NCBI GenBank assembly: GCA_965202665.1
Contig: OZ241841.1
Span: forward strand, 1,696,001-1,760,000
DNA: 64,000 nucleotides
Reading direction: 5' to 3'
Source: Candidatus Spongiisociaceae bacterium
Lineage (GTDB): Bacteria > Actinomycetota > Acidimicrobiia > Spongiisociales > Spongiisociaceae
Shown: piece by piece, positions 18,071 through 27,434 of the stretch
How the letters are laid out: each line of letters starts with the position of its first letter
How positions within the stretch are numbered: the stretch's first letter is position 1
Program-made: the position numbers and the translations under genes
The notes under the pieces: model-generated
What the model was told of the DNA's origin: nothing
The model's input: the letters and a program-made list of their open reading frames with translations, nothing else
Database searches by the model: none

Positions 18071-18682
18071 CTTACGACCAGGTCCTCCGGTCCGCACGGG
18101 CCCGCGGGCGTCCGCCGTCTGGTAGCCCGGCCCGGAAGGAGCATCCAACTATCACCAACCTATAGACCCCCATGTCGCCCTGGAGCGGGAGATGGCGGAA
18201 GTCGCCGCCTACGTAGAAGGCGTTGTGAAGGTAGCCCGCCGGCTCGCCCGTGAGGCGGGTATAACTTCCGACCTGGCGCTCCGACCGGTTCGAGCAGGGT
18301 TTCATGGCCTGGGAACCGAATTCGACCGCCCCGCAGGGCGACCCGCTGATGATGGCCGGCTGGTTTTACCACCGGGGGCTCAGCATGGGATACGCGGTCG
18401 GTTTTGGCTGCCAACCAGGCGCCGAAGGAGACGCTCATTTCGCCTCTGACGGGGCAGGACGCCGGTGACTGGTTGACCGACCAGATAGAACCCGGAGAAG
18501 ACGAACACGCATAAGAACCCGCCCCGCGGAAGGGGAAGGGGGGACTCCCGGAGGATGATCTGAAGGCGGCGGGAGACGCTCCTGCGGACGGGGAAGCCCT
18601 GTAACCAACTTGCCGACCGGGCCCGCCGGGCGCTCGGGCGCGGCTTAATTCCGGTTTTCCGGGCGGGGGTGGGTATTGTCAT

Positions 18683-19444
18683 ATGAAACAAAGGCGGTGC
18701 GCCACGGATGACAACTTAATATTGCTGTGGCTGTTCCTGGCCGGAGGCGGCCTGGGGTTCATTAATGCCATGGCGGGCGGCGGGTCGGTGCTGACCATCC
18801 CCATCCTCACCGAAGCGGTGGGGGCGGCGGTGGCCAACGGAACCAACCGCATCGCCATCCTGTCCGCCAACGTGAGCGGGACCTACGCCTACCACAGAAG
18901 CGGCAAAGTCCCCTGGCGGCGGGTGGCCCGGCATATCCCGGTGACTTTGGCCGGGGCGGTGCTGGGGGCCTGGCTGGCCGTTCTCACCCCCTCCGAAGGG
19001 TTGCGGCCGGTGTTCGCGACGGTGATGTTCATGTTGGCGGCCGTCATCCTCATCAAACCGCAACGGTGGATGGAGGAGGGGCCTCCCCGCCTTTCCCCCA
19101 GGTGGATGGGGGCCATCATGTTCCTGATCGGGGTGCACGGCGGATACATCCAAATCGGGGCGGCCATAATGTTGCTGGCGGTGCTGACGGCGGGCGGCGG
19201 CATGGGGCTGGTCAAAGCCAACGCCGCCAAAGTGATGATCGTCGGCGCCTACACCATCCCCACTTTGGCCGTGTTCCTGTACGCCGGGCAGGTGGATTTC
19301 CGGCTGGGGGCGGCCTTGGCGGTCGGCAACATCATCGGGGCCTACATCGGGGCCCGCGTGGCCATCCGAAAAGGCGAAGGCTTCATAAGGTGGGTGCTGG
19401 CCGTTGCGGCGGTGGCGGCGGCGGTGCGCATGGCCTTCTTCTGA
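18683..19444 (+). CDS. TSUP/TauE-SafE family exporter, copy 2
   Basis: Same motifs; paralog of 17354..18070 (both end A(I/V)RMAFF). Confidence 0.88.
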   Translation: MKQRRCATDDNLILLWLFLAGGGLGFINAMAGGGSVLTIPILTEAVGAAVANGTNRIAILSANVSGTYAYHRSGKVPWRRVARHIPVTLAGAVLGAWLAVLTPSEGLRPVFATVMFMLAAVILIKPQRWMEEGPPRLSPRWMGAIMFLIGVHGGYIQIGAAIMLLAVLTAGGGMGLVKANAAKVMIVGAYTIPTLAVFLYAGQVDFRLGAALAVGNIIGAYIGARVAIRKGEGFIRWVLAVAAVAAAVRMAFF

Positions 19445-19447
19445 GTC

Positions 19448-19669
19448 TCACTTGTAGCGCCACACGATGCGCCCACGGCTGGGGTCGTAGGTGGACAGCT
19501 CCAAATCCACCCGGTCGCCGGGCAGGATGCGGATGAAACGGCCCCGGCGCATTTTGCCGGAGGCGCGGGCCAAAACTTCCATGCCGCCGTCGATTTCCAC
19601 TCGGAACATGGCGTTGGGCAACGTTTCGATCACGTTGCCCTGCACCCGCAGTACGTCGTCTTTGGGCAA
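19448..19669 (-). CDS. infA: Translation initiation factor IF-1
   Basis: [38 protein letters not shown]; TTG start with AAGGAG RBS. Confidence 0.93.
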   Translation of the reverse strand: MPKDDVLRVQGNVIETLPNAMFRVEIDGGMEVLARASGKMRRGRFIRILPGDRVDLELSTYDPSRGRIVWRYK

Positions 19670-19786
19670 GAAAACACTCCTTTGCTCGGTTGGGTGAACG
19701 CTCAGGCCGCCGCCGGGCGGTCCCGCCTCAAACGCCAAGGGTAGCGGGGCGCAGCGACATAAAAGGTAAACCGGGCGGCGGGCGGG

Positions 19787-21244
19787 TCAGGCGGGCTCTG
19801 CGGGGGGCGGGTCGGGCGGGGGGGTGAGGGAGTCCCGGGCCCGTTGGGCGAGGATGGCCCGCAAAGCCCTCATATCCCGGGGGCAGGTTTTGGCGGCCCG
19901 CCAGTAGCAGAAGCCGGTGGGGATGAAAAATATTTGGAAGACGGTCAAACCCACCGCATATCCGGTCAACGGCCCCAGCCGGGACTGCAAGGCGGCCGCG
20001 GCCAGCGCGGTCAGCCAGGCGCCCGTCGCCCGGGATACTCCGTTGGACAGGTTGCCCAACCCGTACAGGGTGCCCCGATGTTCGGGCGGGTTCACTTCCG
20101 AAATGAGGGCGAACCAGTTGGGGGAGTCGGCGGAGGTGAACATCAAAGCCATAAAGGACAGCCCGAAGGCCGCCGCCGCGTAAGGGTTGGTGAACACCGA
20201 ACCCAGGGCGGCCCAGGCGACGGCCGCCGTGCCCTGGCCGACGGGGATGTCCAGGCCGGTCAGCGGCAGGTTGAAGAAGGCGATGAAGAAGGGAATCGCC
20301 CCCAGGATGCCGGCCATGGCCACCAGGGCCCGGGCGTCGGGGCGGCGCGCCTGCAGCCGATCCCCCAGATGGCCGGCCGCAATGGAAGTGACCGCCCCCA
20401 GTTGGAACACCCCCCCGAACACGGCGCCGACCGCCACCGCGGTGGGCAGGTCGTAGCCTTCCGCCAGCACCTTCCCCTGATAGAGGAGCGGCACCCAAAT
20501 CAGCGAGCCGTAGGCGATTTGGGCGGTCAGTCCCTGCAGGATCAGCCAGATGTTGGTGCGGACGGCCAGCATTTTGGGCAGGTCGGCGAACTCAATTCGG
20601 TAGTCGTAGACGGCCCCCGCTTTCAACGCCCGGGCGATTTCCGGTTCGGATCCGCCCCGCAGGACGTCGGGGGTGGTGACCAGGTAGGCCGTTCCGGTGA
20701 TGATCGCCGCCGCCGCCGTCCACAGGAACGGGATGCGCCAGTTGCCCGCTCCCAGCAACCCCCCCGCCACCAGGCCGACGAACCCGCCCGCTCCCTGCGA
20801 CAGGCCCCAGAAACTCATCGCCAGCCCCCGGCGGCGGGGGGAAATCAGGTCGGAGACGATGGAAAACCCCACCGAGGCGATGGAACCCAGCCCGACGCCC
20901 AAAGCGATGGTCCATAAGGCCAGTTCGGCGGCGGTGGCGGAGCGCCCGGCCATCAAAAGGGCCCCCGCCCAAAGCAGGGTTCCCCAAAACATCAGCGGCC
21001 GGCGGTTGGAGCGGTCCCCCAGATAGCCCCAGCCGACCGCGGCGAGGGCTATGGCCAGGATGAGGAGGGCGGTGAGGCCGCCCATCCAGGCTTCGGACAC
21101 CCCCAAATCGGCGGCCATCGGTTTGGCCAGGGCGGGGTAGAGGGCCCCGGCGGCGTTGTCCAGCGAAGCCAGCAGGATGAAAAGCGCCAGGGAGTAGAGC
21201 GCACCGGCCCGCCCGCCCCGCCGGGAGCGGGTGAAAAATCTCAT
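19787..21244 (-). CDS. MFS transporter
   Basis: WGYLGDRSNRR and GHLGDRLQARR MFS motif A copies; about 12 TM segments. Confidence 0.88.
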   Translation of the reverse strand: MRFFTRSRRGGRAGALYSLALFILLASLDNAAGALYPALAKPMAADLGVSEAWMGGLTALLILAIALAAVGWGYLGDRSNRRPLMFWGTLLWAGALLMAGRSATAAELALWTIALGVGLGSIASVGFSIVSDLISPRRRGLAMSFWGLSQGAGGFVGLVAGGLLGAGNWRIPFLWTAAAAIITGTAYLVTTPDVLRGGSEPEIARALKAGAVYDYRIEFADLPKMLAVRTNIWLILQGLTAQIAYGSLIWVPLLYQGKVLAEGYDLPTAVAVGAVFGGVFQLGAVTSIAAGHLGDRLQARRPDARALVAMAGILGAIPFFIAFFNLPLTGLDIPVGQGTAAVAWAALGSVFTNPYAAAAFGLSFMALMFTSADSPNWFALISEVNPPEHRGTLYGLGNLSNGVSRATGAWLTALAAAALQSRLGPLTGYAVGLTVFQIFFIPTGFCYWRAAKTCPRDMRALRAILAQRARDSLTPPPDPPPAEPA

Positions 21245-21299
21245 CCCCCCAGCCTACTTTGCCCTCCGCCGGTTCCGGGGGGCGGCGGGCGGGGCTAGC

Positions 21300-21848
21300 A
21301 TGCCGCCCATGTCCGACCTTTTACCCCCCGGCCTGTTTTCCATCGGCCATTCCAACATGGAGATGGAAGAGTTCGTCGAATTGCTGGGTTCGCATCAAAT
21401 CGCGGTCCTGGCCGATGTACGCTCCGCCCCCTATTCCAGTTACAGCCCCTGGTTCGGCAAGCGGGATTTGAAAGGCCGGTTGACGAAGGCGGGCATCCGG
21501 TACGTGTTTATGGGAAAAGAGTTGGGCGGCCGCCCGGTGGGGGAGGAATACTATTACCAGCACCGCTCGGAGATGCGCGTCCATTACGACAAGGTGGCGG
21601 AGACGCAGCTGTTTCAGGACGGGCTGGAGGAGTTGTGGAAAATGGCCGAGTCGGCGCGGACGGCGATGATGTGCAGCGAAGAAGAACCGGGTGAATGCCA
21701 CCGCTATAAGTTGATAACCTGGCAGCTTTACGAGCAAAGCAGGCGGGTCACGCATATTTTGCGCGACGGCTCCCTGTTGAGAACGGCGGAGGTGAAAACT
21801 TTTGAAAAAGTGAAGGACTACTGGTTGAAGATGCCGCTTTTCAGCTAG
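21300..21848 (+). CDS. DUF488 family protein 1
   Basis: FSIGHSN, LADVRSAPYS, MGKELGGRP, MCSEEEPGECHR. Confidence 0.87.
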   Translation: MPPMSDLLPPGLFSIGHSNMEMEEFVELLGSHQIAVLADVRSAPYSSYSPWFGKRDLKGRLTKAGIRYVFMGKELGGRPVGEEYYYQHRSEMRVHYDKVAETQLFQDGLEELWKMAESARTAMMCSEEEPGECHRYKLITWQLYEQSRRVTHILRDGSLLRTAEVKTFEKVKDYWLKMPLFS

Positions 21849-21860
21849 GGAGGGCCGGTT

Positions 21861-22298
21861 GTGAAAATCTTTACCATCGGTTTTGCGGGAAAGTCCGCCT
21901 CCGGCTTTTTTGAGCAGATGCGGGAACACGGGATCGAACTGTTGGTGGATGTCCGGATCAACAACAAATCGCAGTTGGCCGGGTTCGCCAAACAGGCCGA
22001 CTTGGAGTTTTTCCTGCGGGAGTTGGCGGGAGCCCGCTACCAGCATGAGGAGCGGCTGGCCCCGACGCGGGAGATGCTCAAAGCGTACCGGGGCAAAGAT
22101 ATGACCTGGGAGGAATACGAGCGGCTGTTTCTGGACCTGATGGCCGAACGCAAAGTGGAGGAGGATATTCCCCGGGAGTGGTTCGAGGAGCCGACGGTCC
22201 TGCTGTGCAGCGAATCCTCACCGGAGCGGTGCCACCGGCGGCTGGTGGTAGAATACCTGAGTGAGGCTTGGGGAGACATACAAGCCGTCCACCTCTAA
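21861..22298 (+). CDS. DUF488 family protein 2
   Basis: IFTIGF, LVDVRINN.SQLAGFAK, LAPT, LLCSESSPERCHRRLV. Confidence 0.87.
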   Translation: MKIFTIGFAGKSASGFFEQMREHGIELLVDVRINNKSQLAGFAKQADLEFFLRELAGARYQHEERLAPTREMLKAYRGKDMTWEEYERLFLDLMAERKVEEDIPREWFEEPTVLLCSESSPERCHRRLVVEYLSEAWGDIQAVHL

Positions 22299-22307
22299 GG
22301 AGGAGTT

Positions 22308-23021
22308 ATGCAAATATTGGTAACCCATTTGACCAGAATGAAGTCTCCGTACATCTGCGTGGCCGGGATAGATAAGAGATGGAGGCATCGGCGGCCGGTT
22401 TTGGCCGATTCCGAAGGGGGGCATAGGCAGTTGGAACGCAACCTGTCGCGCAACGAAGGCGGCCATTTTGGGTTGGGGGAGGTGGTTGACTTAGGGAGTA
22501 TCAAGGCCCGGCCCGCTCCGCCGGAAATGGAGGACGTAGTTTTTGAGCCAGCGGGGATGACCGCCGTCAAAACTCTTGACCCGGAGGATTTCCTGCGCAA
22601 CCTCCACCGGGTGGCCGGCAATTCGCTCAGGACGATTTTCGGGCTGGAGTTGGAGGGGCTGAGCCGAACGGCGGCGGCCGTTCCAGAAGGTAGCGGCAGT
22701 TCTTCGTTGGGGGTGCTCGGGCTGAGCGGAGCCAGCTTGCAGGTTAAATCAGAATATGAGAAGCAGGCTTTGCGCTTCGATTTTGAAGACCCCGATTTAG
22801 GCGAACTTAGCTTAAAGGTGACCGACCTTCGTTTGTGGGAGAGCGACCATGAAACCCCGGCGGCGGATGCGGTTGACCGTATCAAAAATCACTTAGACGA
22901 ATGCTTCATTGCGGTTGGGTTGGGCCGGGCATATGATGCGCCGGCTTATCCAGGCCCCAAGCATTACCTGCAGGTCAACAACATTTTCCCGCGGGGCGAC
23001 CCCCTGTGGGAGCGTGAATAA
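22308..23021 (+). CDS. Dual OB-fold domain protein, copy 1
   Basis: LTRM...ICVAGID...RPV, PPEMED, SLG, LKVTDLR, VGLGRA, LQVNNIF; family commonly found next to DUF488 pairs. Confidence 0.65.
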   Translation: MQILVTHLTRMKSPYICVAGIDKRWRHRRPVLADSEGGHRQLERNLSRNEGGHFGLGEVVDLGSIKARPAPPEMEDVVFEPAGMTAVKTLDPEDFLRNLHRVAGNSLRTIFGLELEGLSRTAAAVPEGSGSSSLGVLGLSGASLQVKSEYEKQALRFDFEDPDLGELSLKVTDLRLWESDHETPAADAVDRIKNHLDECFIAVGLGRAYDAPAYPGPKHYLQVNNIFPRGDPLWERE

Positions 23022-23071
23022 AGGGTAGGCTTGGCGAGACACACAAGCTGTCCATCTTTAAGGAGGAGTTT

Positions 23072-23788
23072 ATGAAAATAGTCGTCACCCACTTGACCAG
23101 AATGGGGGATCCGCACATTTGCTTGGCCGGGATAGATAAGAGATGGAAGCATTGGCGTCCGGTTTTGGCATCAAGGAAATCCGGAGACGGCTGGAAGCCC
23201 CACCGTAGATGGTTGCGCAGTGTAGGCGGCCCTTTTCATCTGGGTTCGAAAGTCGATCTGGGAGATGTCCGGCATGAGCCCGTTCCGCCCGATGTGGAGG
23301 ACGCAGTAGTCGATGTCAAACAAGTAAAGTTCATAGAGGATATTGACCGGGAGCATTTTTTGAAAATTCTTGACCGGTTAGCCCAGGACTCGATTAGGTC
23401 AATATTTGGGACAGAGTTGGAAAGCCGGGGTCCAACATCTGCGTCCATGCCGGTAGGTGCGGGTGAAAGGTCGTTAGGAATCCTGAGGTTGAGCGGAGCC
23501 GAACTCAAAGAACGCTTTGAGCCAAGGAAACAAAAACAAGAGATACGGCTGGTGTTCGAGGATCCGGATTTCGACAAACTGGGGCTCAATGTCACCGATT
23601 TACGTTTGTGGGAGGACTATAATAACCCAAAGACGGATCGAGTTAAGCGCATACAAGGTAAGCTGGATGACTGCCTGGTCGCCATCGGTCTTACCGGGGC
23701 TTGGGGACCTGATGGTGAGGAAAAAAGACATTGGTTGCAGATAAACAACATCTATCCGCGGAGCGACCCCCTGTGGGAGCGTGAGTAA
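23072..23788 (+). CDS. Dual OB-fold domain protein, copy 2 (tandem paralog)
   Basis: Colinear with 22308..23021; both end DPLWERE and share upstream DNA. Confidence 0.65.
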   Translation: MKIVVTHLTRMGDPHICLAGIDKRWKHWRPVLASRKSGDGWKPHRRWLRSVGGPFHLGSKVDLGDVRHEPVPPDVEDAVVDVKQVKFIEDIDREHFLKILDRLAQDSIRSIFGTELESRGPTSASMPVGAGERSLGILRLSGAELKERFEPRKQKQEIRLVFEDPDFDKLGLNVTDLRLWEDYNNPKTDRVKRIQGKLDDCLVAIGLTGAWGPDGEEKRHWLQINNIYPRSDPLWERE

Positions 23789-23988
23789 GAGGGCTCGTCG
23801 TTTGCCGCGCTGGGCCGCCTTGCCCTCTCCGGACCCCTGTTCGCATCGGGGCCCCATGGGGTCGAACTGAGATTTGTCATACATCCCCCCTAAAATCCGT
23901 AAAACAAGGTAAAAACCGCAGGATAGGCGGGGTTTCTGCCACAATGGCGGAGCTTGCGCACCGGCTGGGCAGACGGGAGGAAAACAGA

Positions 23989-24285
23989 ATGGCGGAGGTT
24001 CCGCTCAGCGAAGAAGAGGTGATCAACGCGGAGGAGGCGGCCCGGTTGCTGGGCTTGGATGTCCTGCAGGTGCGCCGTTTGGCGCAGAAGGGGAGCCTCC
24101 CCGCCTACCGGTTGCCCGGCGGCCGCAAATACAAGTTTTTCCTCAGCGAAGTGCAGGCCTTCGCGGCATCCCGCCCTGCGGAGCCGGACGCCGAGGAGCC
24201 TCCCGCCGAGGTTGCGGCGGAAACTGAGGCGGTCCCCTCCGGGGCGCCCGCCGCCGACTCGGCGGTGGGCGAAACGGCAGGTTAA
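23989..24285 (+). CDS. Excisionase/BldC-like MerR-type HTH protein 1
   Basis: NAEEAARLLGL...VRRLAQKGSLPAYRLPGGRKYKF; GGGAGG RBS. Confidence 0.85.
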   Translation: MAEVPLSEEEVINAEEAARLLGLDVLQVRRLAQKGSLPAYRLPGGRKYKFFLSEVQAFAASRPAEPDAEEPPAEVAAETEAVPSGAPAADSAVGETAG

Positions 24286-24416
24286 CCGCGCTTTTTGCCA
24301 CACGGGGGCGCGTAGGCCGGGGCCGTCCTGGAGATACTTGAAAATAAATGTGGAATAATGTAAACTATTCTAAGGTTGTATGCTGATACAGTACGCACAC
24401 TGACAGGAGGTATAAG

Positions 24417-24647
24417 ATGGCGACTGTTACTTCGTTTGGCGACGACGAGGTCCTCGGCGCGCAGGATGTGGCCGATTTGCTGGACATGAACGTCCAGATG
24501 GTGCGCAAGTACGCCCGGGAGGGGCGTCTTCCCGCCTACCGGCTGCCCGGCGGCCGCAACTACAAGTTCTTCCGCAGGGAGTTGATCCGGTACCTGCGCC
24601 AGCACCCGGTGGACGACCGGGGCATCGTAAGCGAAGCCGGCGTCTGA
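24417..24647 (+). CDS. Excisionase/BldC-like MerR-type HTH protein 2
   Basis: GAQDVADLLDM...VRKYAREGRLPAYRLPGGRNYKF; AGGAGG RBS. Confidence 0.87.
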   Translation: MATVTSFGDDEVLGAQDVADLLDMNVQMVRKYAREGRLPAYRLPGGRNYKFFRRELIRYLRQHPVDDRGIVSEAGV

Positions 24648-24699
24648 CGAGAGACGCCGCCGGGACGCCCCCGGTTTGCGGGAGCGGGAGCCGTTTCAG

Positions 24700-25410
24700 T
24701 CAGTAGGTGGCGCGTCCGCCGGTGATGTCGTAGGTGTGTCCGGTGGAGAAACTGCATTCGTCGGAGGCCAGCCACGACACCAGGGCCGCCACTTCCTCCG
24801 GCTGGCCGACCCGTCCCATCGGTATGCGGGACACCATGTATTCGATGGTTTCCGGTTCGGTGACCGCGTTCATCGGGGTGGCGATCACGGCCGGGGCCAC
24901 CGCGTTGACGATAACCCCGTCCCGGGCCGCTTCTTTGCCCACCGATTTGGTGAGGCCGATCACCGCCGCCTTGCTCGCCGAGTAGGCGGCCAGGTTGGGG
25001 TTGCCTTCTTTGCCGGCGATGCTGGCGATGTTCACTATCCGCCCCCAGCCCCGCTCCCGCATGGCGGGCAGGACCGCCCGGATGGCGTTGAAAGTCCCGG
25101 TGAGGTTGGTGTCGACGGCTTCCGCCCAGTCCCGGTCGGACACTTCCCACACCGGCATGTTGGGCCCCAGAATCCCGGCGCTGTTGACCAGCACGTCGAT
25201 CGGTCCGCGGGCCCGCACCGCCGCGTTGACCGCCGCCGAGTCGGTGATGTCCAGGCGCTCCGTCCCGGCGAATTCGCCCCCGATTTCCCCCAGGGCGGCG
25301 GCGGAAATGTCGGCCGCCACCACTTCTAAGCCGTCGGCGGTCAGCCTCCGGGCGCAGGCCAAGCCGATTCCGCTGGCCCCGCCCGTAACCAACGCCCGCC
25401 GCGGGCTCAT
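24700..25410 (-). CDS. SDR family oxidoreductase
   Basis: TGGASGIG, NSAG, YSASK. Confidence 0.92.
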   Translation of the reverse strand: MSPRRALVTGGASGIGLACARRLTADGLEVVAADISAAALGEIGGEFAGTERLDITDSAAVNAAVRARGPIDVLVNSAGILGPNMPVWEVSDRDWAEAVDTNLTGTFNAIRAVLPAMRERGWGRIVNIASIAGKEGNPNLAAYSASKAAVIGLTKSVGKEAARDGVIVNAVAPAVIATPMNAVTEPETIEYMVSRIPMGRVGQPEEVAALVSWLASDECSFSTGHTYDITGGRATY

Positions 25411-25474
25411 CGGCCTTTAGCCGGGGTAAGGGTTTCCGTCATCCCCCCAAGTATAGGCGCCGGGGCGGGGCGGT

Positions 25475-26479
25475 TCATGGGACGAGGACGGCCCTTCCGG
25501 CGATTCGGCCTTGGGCCAAATGGAGGAGGGCCCGGTCGGCTTCCCGCAACGGGTAGGAGGCGATGCGGGGGATGACCCGGCCTGCCAAAGCCAGGGCGGT
25601 TACTTCCAGCAACTCCGGATAGGTGCCCACGTACACCCCTTCGATCCGGTATTCGGAGGTGACCAGGTCGGCGGCGGACAGGGTCAGCCCCCCGCCCACC
25701 CCCACCGCCAGGAAATGGCCTCCGGGGCGCAGGGCGGCCAGCCCGGAGGCGATGGAATCATCGGATCCCACGAAGTCCAAGGCGGCCGCCGCCGGTTCCG
25801 GCAGGGCCCCGGCCAATTCCCCGGGGGCGACCGCCGCCTCCGCCCCGCATTGCAAAGCCAGTTCCCGGGCTTCCGGGCGGGGGTCCACCGCCACCACCCG
25901 GGCCGGGCCGATCGCCCGCAGAATCTGGACGGCCAGATGTCCCAGGCCGCCCGCTCCGATAACCACCGCCGCGTCTCCCGGGGCCAGGCGGGCGCGGGCG
26001 CAGGCCCGGTAGGCGGCCAGCCCGGCGTCGGTCAGCGGCGCGTAGGCGGCCGGGTCGGTTCCGGCGGGCAGCGGAACCAGGGAACGTTCCCGGCACAGCA
26101 GGTATTCGGCGTATCCGCCGGGGGCGTCCAAGCCGGGGGTCAGCCGATGCGGGGCGCGGGAGTCGATTCCCCGCCGTTCCGCTTGGCTGAGGCCGTCCGA
26201 CTGGAAGGGGTAGCAAACCACCGGGTCGCCTTCCCGCACGGCGGTCACCCCGGGGCCCGTCCGGTGGACGTAACCGGCGTTTTCATGGCCGAGGATGTGG
26301 GGGAGCGGCACTTCCATTTCCCCGGTCAGCAGGTGCAGGTCGGTGCGGCACACCCCGGCCCCGGCTATCCGCACCACCACATGATCCGTTTCGGTTATCA
26401 CCGGGTCGGGTATTTCTTCCATTTGCAGGAGCGGGCCGGCCAGGTCGGGCGACAGGCCGCGCATCACCGCCGCTTTCAT
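25475..26479 (-). CDS. Zn-dependent alcohol dehydrogenase family (MDR)
   Basis: GVCRTD, GHENAG, GAGGLG; structural-zinc cysteines absent. Confidence 0.9.
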   Translation of the reverse strand: MKAAVMRGLSPDLAGPLLQMEEIPDPVITETDHVVVRIAGAGVCRTDLHLLTGEMEVPLPHILGHENAGYVHRTGPGVTAVREGDPVVCYPFQSDGLSQAERRGIDSRAPHRLTPGLDAPGGYAEYLLCRERSLVPLPAGTDPAAYAPLTDAGLAAYRACARARLAPGDAAVVIGAGGLGHLAVQILRAIGPARVVAVDPRPEARELALQCGAEAAVAPGELAGALPEPAAAALDFVGSDDSIASGLAALRPGGHFLAVGVGGGLTLSAADLVTSEYRIEGVYVGTYPELLEVTALALAGRVIPRIASYPLREADRALLHLAQGRIAGRAVLVP

Positions 26480-26614
26480 AGGGCGCCCTCCCGGGTGCGG
26501 GTTTTGCCGTCGGGGAACATCTTGGCGATTTTACCGCCCGCCGGGGGCGGCGGCCGGGGAGGCCCCGGTCTATAATTCCCCTGGTTCGTTATTCGACAAG
26601 GGAGGGCGCGGCGA

Positions 26615-27424
26615 ATGTGCACCATCGGCGCTTTGCGGCTGGGGGAGGACGACTACGTCCTGTTCAAAAACAAGGATTTCGGGCGTCCCCATTTTGACGA
26701 CCGCATCGTGGCGGAGCGGGACGTTTTCGGGGTGGAGGGCATCACCACCTGGGCGGATTCCGACCCCGACCGGGACCGGTTTTCCGGGTTTTCCATAGGG
26801 GCCAACGCCGCCGGGTTGCTGGCCTGCGATTCCAACGTGCGCACCTTGCCCGACCACGCCAACTACGACGATTTGGTGGAGTTCGCTTTGCGGGAAGGGA
26901 CGGATGCGGAGTCGGGGGCGGCGGCGGTGCAAGCGGCGGCGGCGGAGCGTCCCTACCTGTGGGGAAACGTGCTGCTGAGCGACGGGGAAAACCAGGTGGT
27001 GTTGGAGGTACGCGGGCAACGGGCGTCGAAGATGCCCCTGCCCGGGCCGGCCGCCCGCACCAACCACCATCCCCGCTGGGGGGTTCATCCCGAGCAGGAC
27101 GACACGACTACCAGCCAGACCCGTTGGGATTCCGCCCAATACCGGGTGGAGCGGGCCGAGTCGGTGGGGGACGTGTTCGCCCTGCTGGGCAGCCACGACG
27201 ACGGCGCCACCGGGGTGTGCAACCACGCCCTGTACCGGACGGTGTACAGCTACGTGTTGCGCCGCCGGGCCGGGGAGACCACCCTGTTCGTGCGGCAGGG
27301 CGCCCCGTGCGCGGAAGGGGAGGTGCGGGAGTTGCCGTTGCCGTTGGGGGAGCGGTGGTCGCCGGCGGCGGAGGAGGCCTTCCGGGCCGCCTATCCGTCC
27401 GCCCGCGCCCAAGCCGCCGCTTAA
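26615..27424 (+). CDS. Putative Ntn-hydrolase with N-terminal Cys nucleophile
   Basis: MCT start, FKNKD, GANAAGL and RTNH patterns typical of Cys-Ntn hydrolases. Confidence 0.65.
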   Translation: MCTIGALRLGEDDYVLFKNKDFGRPHFDDRIVAERDVFGVEGITTWADSDPDRDRFSGFSIGANAAGLLACDSNVRTLPDHANYDDLVEFALREGTDAESGAAAVQAAAAERPYLWGNVLLSDGENQVVLEVRGQRASKMPLPGPAARTNHHPRWGVHPEQDDTTTSQTRWDSAQYRVERAESVGDVFALLGSHDDGATGVCNHALYRTVYSYVLRRRAGETTLFVRQGAPCAEGEVRELPLPLGERWSPAAEEAFRAAYPSARAQAAA

Positions 27425-27434
27425 GCCCGGGGGG

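Noticed and set aside
18071-18682. RNase P RNA or tmRNA in the TSUP spacer
   Set aside because: No GAGGAAAGTCC-type or tRNA-like end signatures seen on either strand.
23989-24647. Prophage or ICE implied by excisionase-like genes
   Set aside because: No integrase, att repeats or structural genes nearby.
25475-26479. Loss of structural-zinc cysteines in the alcohol dehydrogenase as pseudogenisation
   Set aside because: Catalytic ligands and the frame are intact; many MDR enzymes lack the second zinc.
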